Shown one piece after another: positions 1 through 9,439 of a stretch of 64,000 nucleotides of DNA. The DNA is from Shigella phage ESh27. How positions within the stretch are numbered: position 1 is the stretch's first letter; the number at the start of each line of letters is the position of its first letter. The position numbers and the translations under genes are program-made. The DNA lies in sequence record ON528737; one strand, given 5' to 3'. The notes below the pieces were generated by a model, which was not told where the DNA came from, searched no databases, and saw nothing but the letters and a program-made list of their open reading frames with translations.

Positions 1-3000
1 TACCAGGATATTTAATTTCTTGGTCACGGTTACCTTTGTTATCACGCGTCCAATATCCAGGGAATTGGCTATATACGGCAGAATCGTTAATGTCAATAGA
101 CCAAAAACCTACAGTAGAAGCTGTTGGTTTATCGGTATAAACCGTAGCAGTTTTAACGCCGTTAGAAATAATCCTGTTATTTACAGTTAACCCACCAGTA
201 GTTATTGTTGCACCACTTGTGATTTGAACACCATTGTCAAGACGAACTAATCCTGTGGCATTGTTAATCGTGATCGGGCGTAAGTTATTAAACGTCCCGG
301 TCTGGTCACCTGAGTTAGTTAATGCAATATAAGAACTGTTACCGGCATTATAAAGCATAACACCATAGTTACCGTTAATAGCTCTGAATGCAATAGGAGA
401 ACTAGAAACAATTTCGCCTGTAGCACTAATAGGCCCGGTAAAGGTAGAAACACCTGTAACATTTAATCCATTTGTAGAAACAATGCCTGTTGAATAAAGT
501 GTTCCATTAATATTAAACGATACTTTATTATCAGAAGCGCGCTGAGAATAGAAATGGTATCCTGTTTCGTCACCAGCTTCAAATATTGTATCACGGGCAC
601 CATCTGTAGCGCTATTACCCCATGCTCTAACAACGAAATTCTCTTTATTACTAAGAGATTGGGTTCCTTTAGTGAAAACTATTTCAGAACCGCTAGAGTC
701 ATTAAGAGTTAATCTACGAGTAACAGATGCTTCGGACCCAAAAGAAGCAGTGCTTGTAGATACTAAAGGAGCACTCAGGTTGGTCTGTTTAGTAAGACTT
801 AAAGAACCATTAACCGTCTGGTCGATGTCTCTACGGATGAACTGAAGAGAATCTAGACCATCTAACAGATTACTATCTACGGCTTTAGCTTTCAATGGCA
901 AATAGTTAGCAAGTACACGGTTTAATTCATATGGAGATATAGCATAGCTATTTTTTTCATATGATTCTAAAGGTTGTGTTGAACCAACTGTATCATTACC
1001 AACGAATGTAATTGAACCAGATGAAGTTTTAACAAAACCTCTTATTGCAGTAGTAGCAGCCCATGTTGGTTCATTCTGGACAATCCATTTTAAATTCTTA
1101 GGAGATACAGCAGTATTAGCAGAAGTTCCTGTTACAGTTTCAGCCTGAGTAGCAACCTTAATCACGCCTTCAGAAGTTTCAGTGGACTTAGTCCCTAAAA
1201 GCTTTTTAGGAGTAATAAGAACATCATCTAAAGTTCCTGCATTAGATTCAGCTTGGGTCGCTACACGAAGTGTACCACGTTGTGTTTCATTTGCTTTAGA
1301 AATATCAAGAGTATAATGGTTCCACAAGGTTCCTTCTTCAATAAGTCCGGAATCAGAATTAACACTGGTACGGTCAGAAGAATCAAAATGAGTTTTAATT
1401 TTCAGTGGAGACGAGATACGAGTATCGTCAGTTCCAGTATCAAATTCAACTTGCGTAGCAATTTCGGCTATGCCGGATAATCCTTCCGTAGCTTTCCTAT
1501 CATTTAACGTCTTAGGCGTTACTGCTCTAGTATAATCAGTTCCAGTGTTAGTTTCTGCTTGCGTAGCAATTTCAATTAAACCAATACGCCCATCAGTAGA
1601 AGTTTTCTTATGCAGAGTTTCAGGAGTCACTACAGCATTAGCCCAACCGGCTTGTGATTCGCCAGCGATAACTTCACTTTCAATAGCAAGAATTACTGCG
1701 CCCTGTTGAGTAGGGGTAGCTTTATACTGGTCAAGAGCCTTTGGAGAAATAGTTAAATTATCTACGGCTTTGTTATAAACGTTAGTCCCAGCATTACCAC
1801 GAATAGTAGCAGCTGTAGTACCAGACGTAGATGTGTATTTTACAATACCAGATAAAACTTCAGAACCTTGACGGGCATCCAATTTCTTAGGAGTAATAAT
1901 AGTGGTATCATCTGTGCCAGCATTAGTTTCAGCCTGAGTTGCAACTTCAGCAACACCTCTACGGGTTTCAGTTGCTGTACGTTCGTTCAATTTCTTAGGA
2001 GAAATAATCAAGTCGTCTTGGAATGCAAAATCAGTATTCTGGTTAACTTGTGCAGTTGTTGCAATACGAGCAATACCACGACGAGTTTCAGTTGCTGTAC
2101 GATTTGCTAATGTTTCCGGAGTAATAGCCAGTTCTTTACCAGGAGCATTTTCTAAATCAACATTTGCTTGCGCTTGAGAAGCAAGAGCAATAACACCTAA
2201 ACGAGCTCGAGTGGTATTGCTCGATGCATCGACTCGTTCGACGGTTACGGTGTTTTGTTGAACTACCCAATATTTTGTTTCAGATGAATAATCTTCTATA
2301 TAAGCTAACTCAAGTACAGGTACATACGAAGTATCACCATTAAATTCCAACTCACTAACAGAAACCCATTGTGCATCAGGTGGATACTCCGAACGTTTTG
2401 GGAACTGTAATAAAGAAATACTGCTAGCAATTGTATCGCCTTCAGCAGCTTTAATTTTTACAGTTTGCCCTTTACGCATATAATTCAACGATATTTTAAC
2501 AGTATCGCCAGACAAAATATCTGTAGGCAAAGTAAGATTTACCGTCGAGATTGTATCATTATTAGTTCCAAAAACAAGAACTTCTTCATTAGGGTGTAAA
2601 TCAGTATCATTACGAACTATACGTAAACGAGATTTCTGGTCACCTTCCCAAACACGCCATAAGCTATTAGCAGAATCATAAACAAAGAATGCTTCCGCAG
2701 TATTACGTCCTTCTGCTACATGAACACCAGCTTCTCGTATAGAAGTTGTATCATCGTAAGTTTTGACAATTGTGTGATATAATGGGTTTAATTTGTCTAA
2801 ATCAACTAAATTAATAATATCGCCATTATTAGCATTACGAGGCAATGTAATATTAATAGGAGCGGCTGATGTAAAACGTCGAATGATAAAATCATTAGGT
2901 TGCGCCTGATATGGCTTAGCAGGAGTTACTGTGACTGCATTACGTTCGTAATCAGAAACATACATTTGCCATAGGCGGTTGCTAAAAATGAAGACCATTT

Positions 3001-3533
3001 TAGATTTTGGGTGCGTCATTAAAACTGAACGAACCTGTTGTCCTCTAAAGTTTACAATACTTTGAGCCTCTGCAGTAATTTGAACTTTTACATAGCCTAC
3101 TCTACCGCCAATATCAGACAAAATAACTGTATCGCCATCTAAAGGATTTTGAGGCAAAGTGAAATTAATATCAGTGCCAGCTGAAGTATCAACCGCGATA
3201 GAGTTACCTACTGATAATTGGAAATCTCCGCCTTGAACTGTAATCCATTCTGCATCTGTACGAGTTGCCTTCCATTTAGCCAAAGAGAAAGGGCCCGCCG
3301 GAGCTGGAATATCGTTTAAAGCTTGATAAAAACGATTATCATAAAGAACAATAAAATCTTTTGTATACGCGCGCGTCTCGTCATAATTCTGTACGGTGTT
3401 TTCTTGCACCAAAAAGTCAACGTTCACGCCATCGGTGCCAACTGTGCGGTCAGCAAGCGCAACGTTAACTATCTTATCACCGCCTGCGTCAAGACCATCT
3501 TCGGCCCTGAACTTACGTTTGATGTCAACCATG
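1..3533 (-). CDS. 34: Long tail fiber proximal subunit gp34, N-terminal ~1177 codons; C-terminus lies beyond window start
   Basis: Minus-strand ATG at 3531-3533 gives MVDIKRKFRAEDGLDAGGDK, matching T4 gp34 N-terminus; frame spot-checked at window start (SIDINDSAVYSQFPGYW); not in ORF track because no stop in window. Confidence 0.88.
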
Positions 3534-3566
3534 GTAGTCCTCTTATCATTATGTGTTCTATTTTAC

Positions 3567-3574
3567 TATTTATA
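3567..3574 (-). promoter_or_regulatory. T4-type late promoter (TATAAATA) for gene 34
   Basis: Plus-strand tatttata = minus TATAAATA, ~35 nt upstream of gp34 ATG. Confidence 0.6.
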
Positions 3575-3652
3575 AATGAGTAAAAGACTATTTACGCTTT
3601 CGAACTAGTATGTTACTATAGTCCAAGTTGACTAACTGAACAAGAGGTTCAT

Positions 3653-4570
3653 ATGGATTTAGAAATGATGTTGGATGAGGATTACAAAGAAGGTATTGCA
3701 CTTGCAGACTTTAGTAACATTGCATTAGCAGCTGCATTAAACAACTTTGAAGACGGTGATAAAATTACTGTTCCGATGGTTCGCCATGTAATCTTGAATT
3801 CAATTCGTAAAAACGTAGTGATGTTCCGTAAGCAAGGTTATACAAAATTTGTATTGTGCATGGATAACGCTACTTCCGGGTATTGGCGACGCGACTTTGC
3901 TTACTATTACAAGAAAAATCGTAAAACTGATCGTGAAGCTTCAAAGTGGGATTGGGAAGGATATTTTACTGCACTCCATCAAGTCGTTGATGAGATTAAG
4001 AAATATATGCCATACGTTGTAATGGATATTGACAAATACGAAGCGGATGACCATATCGGTGTATTAACTAAATATTTGTCATTAGCTGGTCATAAGGTGT
4101 GTATTGTTGCATCAGATGGTGACTTTACACAATTACACAAATACCCTAACGTTAAACAGTGGTCGCCACCGCAGAAAAAATGGGTTAAAATTAAGAATGG
4201 TTCTGCCGAAATTGATTGCATGACTAAAATTCTTAAAGGCGACCGTAAAGATGGTGTTGCGTCTGTTCGAGTTCGTGGTGATTTCTGGTTTACTCGAGTT
4301 GAAGGCGAACGAACTCCGAGTATGAAAACAACGATTATTGAAGCAATTGCTAATGACCGTTCTCAAGCTGAAGTATTATTAAGTGCAGAAGAATATAAAC
4401 GGTATCAAGAAAATTTGGTTCTCATTGATTTTGATTATATCCCTGATAATATTGCTTCAACCATTATAGAGTATTATAACTCATATAAACAACAACCTAA
4501 AGGCAAGATTTATTCATACTTTGTAAAATCCGGCCTTTCTAAATTAACAAGTGTAATTAACGAATTCTGA
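3653..4570 (+). CDS. rnh: RNase H (5'-3' exonuclease / flap endonuclease)
   Basis: 305 aa; MDLEMMLDEDYKEG N-terminus as in T4 RNase H; SD aagagg; divergent from gene 34 as in T4. Confidence 0.93.
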   Translation: MDLEMMLDEDYKEGIALADFSNIALAAALNNFEDGDKITVPMVRHVILNSIRKNVVMFRKQGYTKFVLCMDNATSGYWRRDFAYYYKKNRKTDREASKWDWEGYFTALHQVVDEIKKYMPYVVMDIDKYEADDHIGVLTKYLSLAGHKVCIVASDGDFTQLHKYPNVKQWSPPQKKWVKIKNGSAEIDCMTKILKGDRKDGVASVRVRGDFWFTRVEGERTPSMKTTIIEAIANDRSQAEVLLSAEEYKRYQENLVLIDFDYIPDNIASTIIEYYNSYKQQPKGKIYSYFVKSGLSKLTSVINEF

Positions 4571-4577
4571 GGTAAAC

Positions 4578-4847
4578 ATGGCTAAGAAAGAAGCAGTTGA
4601 ATTTAATCAAGATGTGCATGGTGAAGAACTGGCTAAACTAGTCAAGGAAGCTTCCGATAACAAACTTAAAATTTCTGGTTATAATGAACTGATTAAAGAC
4701 ATTCGTACTCGTGCTAAAGAAGAGCTTGGCGTTGATGGAAAAATGTTTAATCGTTTGTTAGCTCTTTATCATAAAGATGCTCGTGACCAATTTGAAGCTG
4801 AAAACGAAGAGGTAGTCGAGCTTTATGACACAGTTTTCACTAAGTGA
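4578..4847 (+). CDS. dsbA: dsDNA-binding protein DsbA (late transcription enhancer)
   Basis: 89 aa, T4 DsbA length and rnh-dsbA-33-59-32 synteny. Confidence 0.88.
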   Translation: MAKKEAVEFNQDVHGEELAKLVKEASDNKLKISGYNELIKDIRTRAKEELGVDGKMFNRLLALYHKDARDQFEAENEEVVELYDTVFTK

Positions 4848-5163
4848 TATTAAACCGGTTGATGAGGCCGGTTTATCTGAACAAGAGTTAGCAGTAAAAC
4901 ACGATAAAGATGATATCGCTAAATTGCTTGACCGTCAAGAAAACGGATTCATTATCGAATCCATGGTTGAACAATTTGGTATGTCTTATTTAGAAGCAAC
5001 AACTGCTTTCTTGGAAGAAAATTCTATTCCAGAAACACAATTTGCTAAATTTATTCCTACAGGAATTGTTGAAAAAATTACAAGTGAAGCAATTGACGAA
5101 AACATGCTTCGCCCATCAGTTGCTCGTGGTGAAAAAACTAATACGTTAGATTTCTTATTATGA
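4825..5163 (+). CDS. 33: Late transcription co-activator gp33
   Basis: 112 aa (T4 gp33 is 112 aa); synteny. Confidence 0.88.
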   Translation: MTQFSLSDIKPVDEAGLSEQELAVKHDKDDIAKLLDRQENGFIIESMVEQFGMSYLEATTAFLEENSIPETQFAKFIPTGIVEKITSEAIDENMLRPSVARGEKTNTLDFLL

Positions 5164-5813
5164 TTAAAATACGCATGCCTCCTGATGGAGAACGTTATAT
5201 TAATGGAAAATCGGTATACAAACTATACTTGATGTGCAAACAACATTTTAATGGTCGGTATGACGTAATCAAATATAACTGGTGCATGCGTGTTTCGGAT
5301 AATGCGTATCAAAAACGCCGAGATAAATATTTCTTTGAGAAACTAGCAGAGAAATATAAGTTAAAGGAACTCACTTTGATATTCATCAGTAACTTAGTTG
5401 CTAACCAAGATGCATGGATTGGTGAGATATCAGACGCTGATGCATTAGTTTTCTATAGGGAATATATTGGACGTCTCAAACAGGCCAAGGAGACATTTGC
5501 TGAAGATGTACGTAACATCTACTATTTCAGTAAGAAAGTGGAAGTTAGTGCGCTTCAAGAGATATTTGATTATAATAATAAAGTTCAGTCGAGCTACATA
5601 TTTAAATTGCTACAAAGCAATATAATTTCGTTTGAAACCTTCTTGTTGTTGGATTCATTCTTGAATATTATAGATAAGCATGACGAACTTACTGACAATT
5701 TAGTCTGGCAAAATTATTCTACCAAATTAAAGGCATATCGAAAAATACTTCAAATCGATGGAAATGCTGCTAAGAAATTGTTCATAGAAACAATCAAATC
5801 ATGTAAGTATTAA
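5160..5813 (+). CDS. 59: gp59 helicase (gp41) loader
   Basis: 217 aa, matches T4 gp59 length and sequence; ATGA overlap with gene 33. Confidence 0.9.
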   Translation: MIKIRMPPDGERYINGKSVYKLYLMCKQHFNGRYDVIKYNWCMRVSDNAYQKRRDKYFFEKLAEKYKLKELTLIFISNLVANQDAWIGEISDADALVFYREYIGRLKQAKETFAEDVRNIYYFSKKVEVSALQEIFDYNNKVQSSYIFKLLQSNIISFETFLLLDSFLNIIDKHDELTDNLVWQNYSTKLKAYRKILQIDGNAAKKLFIETIKSCKY

Positions 5814-5929
5814 GCTTTATTTCTTGTGTGTTAAAATTACTTTATAAATAAATCATACCAGCTACGAGGTATAAGTGTCGTAGCAACCAACTGTAAATAA
5901 ATTAAATAATCTAAATAAAGGTAAATATA
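5814..5929 (+). promoter_or_regulatory. Gene 32 5' leader: translational operator region (autoregulation) with embedded late promoter TATAAATA at 5843-5850
   Basis: AT-rich unstructured leader upstream of gene 32 ATG; tataaata at 5843-5850; T4 gene 32 is autoregulated at this leader. Confidence 0.6.
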
Positions 5930-6832
5930 ATGTTTAAACGTAAATCTACTGCTGACCTCGCTGCTCAAATGGCTAAACTGAACGGTAACAAAGGTTTCTC
6001 TTCAGAAGATAAAGGCGAATGGAAGCTGAAGCTAGATGCATCAGGTAATGGTCAAGCGGTAATTCGTTTCTTGCCAGCAAAAACTGATGACGCACTACCA
6101 TTTGCAATTCTTGTTAACCACGGTTTCAAGAAAAATGGTAAATGGTATATTGAAAATTGCTCTTCTACACATGGTGATTACGACTCTTGTCCTGTATGTC
6201 AGTACATTAGTAAAAATGACCTGTACAATACCAACAAAACTGAATATTCTCAACTGAAACGTAAAACTTCTTATTGGGCTAATATTCTGGTTGTTAAAGA
6301 CCCTCAAGCTCCAGATAACGAAGGTAAAGTATTTAAATATCGTTTCGGTAAAAAGATTTGGGACAAAATCAATGCAATGATTGCAGTTGATACCGAAATG
6401 GGTGAAACTCCAGTTGATGTTACTTGCCCGTTTGAAGGTGCTAACTTCGTTCTGAAAGCTAAGCAGGTTTCTGGTTTTAGCAACTATGATGAATCTAAAT
6501 TCTTGGGTCAATCTGAAATTCCTCGTATTAATGACGAAGCATTCCAGAAAGAACTGTATGACCAGATGGTAGACCTTACTACTTTGACGGCTAAAGACCA
6601 GTTCAAATCCTTCGAAAAATTAAATGAATCTTTCGCTAAGGTTCTTGGTACTGCGGCTCTTGGTGGTGCAGCAGCCGCAGCAGCTTCTGTTGCAGATAAA
6701 GTTGCTTCTGACCTTGATGATTTTGATAAAGACATGGAAGCCTTTAGTTCTGCAAAAACTGAAGATGACTTCATGAGCTCTACCTCATCCTCTGATGATG
6801 GCGACCTTGATGACCTGTTAGCTGGTCTATAA
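5930..6832 (+). CDS. 32: ssDNA-binding protein gp32
   Basis: 300 aa; [36 protein letters not shown], acidic C-terminal tail, Zn-binding C/H cluster; near identical to T4 gp32. Confidence 0.96.
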   Translation: MFKRKSTADLAAQMAKLNGNKGFSSEDKGEWKLKLDASGNGQAVIRFLPAKTDDALPFAILVNHGFKKNGKWYIENCSSTHGDYDSCPVCQYISKNDLYNTNKTEYSQLKRKTSYWANILVVKDPQAPDNEGKVFKYRFGKKIWDKINAMIAVDTEMGETPVDVTCPFEGANFVLKAKQVSGFSNYDESKFLGQSEIPRINDEAFQKELYDQMVDLTTLTAKDQFKSFEKLNESFAKVLGTAALGGAAAAAASVADKVASDLDDFDKDMEAFSSAKTEDDFMSSTSSSDDGDLDDLLAGL

Positions 6833-6838
6833 TAAATC

Positions 6839-6860
6839 GGGAGACTTCGGTCTCCCTTTT
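6839..6860 (+). terminator. Intrinsic terminator after gene 32 (GGGAGACTTCGGTCTCCC + TTTT)
   Basis: 7-bp GC stem, UUCG tetraloop, T-run. Confidence 0.8.
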
Positions 6861-6887
6861 GAGTATCTGTAAATTACCGAAAAGGTT

Positions 6888-6918
6888 GTTTACTTCTTCC
6901 CTGGATGTGTTAGTATAG
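6888..6918 (+). promoter_or_regulatory. T4-type early promoter (-35 GTTTAC ... -10 TAGTATAG)
   Basis: gtttac at 6888-6893, gtgttagtatagac 22 nt downstream; same architecture recurs upstream of several early ORFs. Confidence 0.6.
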
Positions 6919-6945
6919 ACTTATCAACAACATGAGGAAATCAAA

Positions 6946-7338
6946 ATGGAAATCGGAAAATCTTATATCATTAACCCTTTATTTAAAGACGACTTTGTTC
7001 AAGAAGCACCACACAATAACGCTAAGATGTTAAAATTGATTGAACTCCATGGGCCTAGTTTTGTTGTAAACGGAATGGAACCTGATTATGATAGCGATAC
7101 GCCAAACGTAGTAAGTGTAACTATGGAAGATGGTACTGTATGTTCTGCCGCTGGTGAAATTGAAACTTATTTTGAGATTTATCCTGACGAGTTCAAATAC
7201 TTTACTGAGGTAGATTTAGTAAAGCCTCAACCTACTAACGAAGGTATAACTTTAGGTGTAACAAAAATCCATTGTATCGTAGATGAAACCAACGTCGACG
7301 AAATCATCGAACTTTTGCAAAAAACTTTTAAAAAGTAG
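6946..7338 (+). CDS. Hypothetical early protein (frd.3/frd.2 position)
   Basis: 130 aa ORF, SD gaggaaa, own early promoter. Confidence 0.6.
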   Translation: MEIGKSYIINPLFKDDFVQEAPHNNAKMLKLIELHGPSFVVNGMEPDYDSDTPNVVSVTMEDGTVCSAAGEIETYFEIYPDEFKYFTEVDLVKPQPTNEGITLGVTKIHCIVDETNVDEIIELLQKTFKK

Positions 7339-7400
7339 TGTATAATCAGATAGGGTTATGTTATAGTAGCCCTATCAAATCAAAAGTGAAGGAGAATAAA

Positions 7401-7649
7401 ATGAGATTACAACGTCAGAGCATCAAAGATTCTGAAGTTAAAGGTAAATGGTATTTCAACATCGTTGGTAAAGACGCTGAACTCCTTGAACAAGCTGAAG
7501 AAGCTTTACGTGAAATGGGTTGGAATGAAGAATGTGATGGATGTCCACTCTACGAAGACGGCGAAAGTGCAGGATTCTGGATTCACCACTCTGACGTTGA
7601 ATCGTTTAAAGCCGATTGGAAAGTTGTTAAGAAAAATCTGAGGAAATAA
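7401..7649 (+). CDS. Hypothetical small early protein (frd.1 position)
   Basis: Track ORF 7338-7649; internal ATG at 7401 has strong SD aaggaga and TGTATAAT -10 at ~7338-7345 upstream. Confidence 0.5.
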   Translation: MRLQRQSIKDSEVKGKWYFNIVGKDAELLEQAEEALREMGWNEECDGCPLYEDGESAGFWIHHSDVESFKADWKVVKKNLRK

Positions 7650-7651
7650 AA

Positions 7652-8239
7652 ATGCTTAAATTAGTATTCGCGTGTGCTCCGACTAAAACAGTTGATGATA
7701 AACTGGAATATGCTTTTGGATTAGGTGATGGGCTGCCATGGAAGCATATCAAACAAGATATGAGTAACTTTGTTGCTCGCACTAAAAACACTGTAATGGT
7801 TATGGGTGCTAAGACTTTTGCATCATTACCTCGTCTACTCCCAGATCGTACTCATGTGGTTGTCACTGATATGGCCAGAAAACTGCCTAGGACTAAAACT
7901 GATGAACTTGCACGGTTCTATATCACCCAAGCAGAATTTATTACCTTGGTAATGGGTAGTGAAATTAACTTGTTAAGCCCTTCAACCGACGTACCGTTTA
8001 AACTTTCTACTGAACATGTCGATGTCTCGGTTATCGGCGGTCCTGCTCTACTTAAACAAGCATTGCCTTATGCTGATGAAATTGTTATGACTAAAATCAT
8101 TAAGAAATGTCGTGTTAATTCAGACGTTCAACTTGATAAAGATTTCATCCAAGATATTATGCTTCAACGTTCTATGGTAGAATCTCATTACTACAGAATC
8201 GATGAACTCACCGAAATTACTGAGAGCGTATATAAATGA
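7652..8239 (+). CDS. frd: Dihydrofolate reductase
   Basis: 195 aa; FGLGDGLPW, VIGGPALL, C-terminal TESVYK as in T4 DHFR. Confidence 0.95.
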   Translation: MLKLVFACAPTKTVDDKLEYAFGLGDGLPWKHIKQDMSNFVARTKNTVMVMGAKTFASLPRLLPDRTHVVVTDMARKLPRTKTDELARFYITQAEFITLVMGSEINLLSPSTDVPFKLSTEHVDVSVIGGPALLKQALPYADEIVMTKIIKKCRVNSDVQLDKDFIQDIMLQRSMVESHYYRIDELTEITESVYK

Positions 8240-9096
8240 AACAATACCAATACCTGATTAATGATATCCTAGAAAATGGCTACGAAACAGACGACCGTAC
8301 AGGCACAGGAACAATTGCCCTGTTCGGAACTAAATTACGTTGGGATCTGACTAAAGGATTCCCTGCAGTAACAACTAAGAAATTAGCATGGAAAGCTTGT
8401 ATTGCCGAGTTACTGTGGTTCATGTCAGGTTCTACTAATGTTAATGAATTACGTCTTCGTACTCATGGTAGTCTAATTGAAGGTAAAACTATTTGGGACG
8501 ATAATTACGAAAATCAGGCAAAAGACCTTGGTTATCATAGTGGTGAACTTGGTCCTATATATGGTAAACAATGGCGTGATTTCGGTGGTGTGGACCAATT
8601 AGTTGAAACAATCGACCGTATTAAAAAATTACCAACTGATCGCCGTCAAATTGTTTCTGCCTGGAATCCGGCCGAAATAAATCAAATGGCTCTTCCTCCT
8701 TGCCATATGTTCTATCAGTTCAATGTGCGTAATGGTCATCTTGATTTACAATGGTATCAACGCAGTGTAGATGTTTTCTTGGGCCTGCCGTTCAACATTG
8801 CCTCGTACGCTGCCTTGACGCATATTGTGGCTAAGATGTGTAATCTTATCCCGGGTGATTTAGTGTTCTCAGGCGGCAATACGCATATCTACAGCAACCA
8901 CGTAGAGCAATGCAAAGAAGTTTTACGTCGTGAACCTAAAGAGTTGTGTTCTCTTGAAATTAATTGGCCTAGTAATTTTGAGAATTGGCCTACAAAAATC
9001 CAAATGGACTGGGTTACTGGAACGATGACACATTCTGATTTCGTTCTTAAAAATTACGAATCACATCCAGCTATCAAAGCTAAAATGGCGGTATAA
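8236..9096 (+). CDS. td: Thymidylate synthase (uninterrupted, no group I intron)
   Basis: 286 aa continuous ORF; active-site PPCH motif; T4 TS is 286 aa. Confidence 0.95.
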   Translation: MKQYQYLINDILENGYETDDRTGTGTIALFGTKLRWDLTKGFPAVTTKKLAWKACIAELLWFMSGSTNVNELRLRTHGSLIEGKTIWDDNYENQAKDLGYHSGELGPIYGKQWRDFGGVDQLVETIDRIKKLPTDRRQIVSAWNPAEINQMALPPCHMFYQFNVRNGHLDLQWYQRSVDVFLGLPFNIASYAALTHIVAKMCNLIPGDLVFSGGNTHIYSNHVEQCKEVLRREPKELCSLEINWPSNFENWPTKIQMDWVTGTMTHSDFVLKNYESHPAIKAKMAV

Positions 9097-9097
9097 A

Positions 9098-9352
9098 ATG
9101 ATTTTACGTTTTATTAATTCATATGGCACCACAATTTTTGAAATGAAAAATCCAAGTGAACTGGATATCCCTTCACCAAATAGTGAAATCACAGTTAAAG
9201 GTGAACGATTCGTTTGTTATTCACATGAACGAATTTATGAATATCGTGAATTTTGTGGTGGATTCGGTATGGAAAAAGAACCATTGGTTTATTTCGATAT
9301 CACGGTCTTGACTCCTAAAGAATACAAAGAAATTATTGCTAAGAATAATTAA
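9098..9352 (+). CDS. Hypothetical protein
   Basis: 84 aa ORF between td and nrdA. Confidence 0.5.
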   Translation: MILRFINSYGTTIFEMKNPSELDIPSPNSEITVKGERFVCYSHERIYEYREFCGGFGMEKEPLVYFDITVLTPKEYKEIIAKNN

Positions 9353-9378
9353 CGCTTCAGTTTAAAAGTGTATAATAA
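9350..9378 (+). promoter_or_regulatory. Putative promoter with extended -10 (TGTATAAT) upstream of nrdA
   Basis: gtgtataat at ~9368-9376. Confidence 0.4.
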
Positions 9379-9439
9379 ATTAACGGGATAAATACTATCC
9401 CGTTTGGAGTAATGTCTATCAACCTATACCGAGGAATAT

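Noticed and set aside
1253-3583. Plus-strand ORFs 1253-1480, 1868-2110, 3323-3583
   Set aside because: They lie antisense within gene 34, whose minus-strand frame is open across the whole interval and matches T4 gp34.
4133-4366. Minus-strand 77-aa ORF inside rnh
   Set aside because: Antisense to a well-supported gene with low-complexity translation. The same applies to other antisense track ORFs inside confirmed genes: 6095-6511, 6508-6774, 10148-10351, 11034-11491, 12414-12782, 13480-14004, 14539-14898, 16247-16717, 18996-19298, 19522-19968, 26564-27297, 27959-28201.
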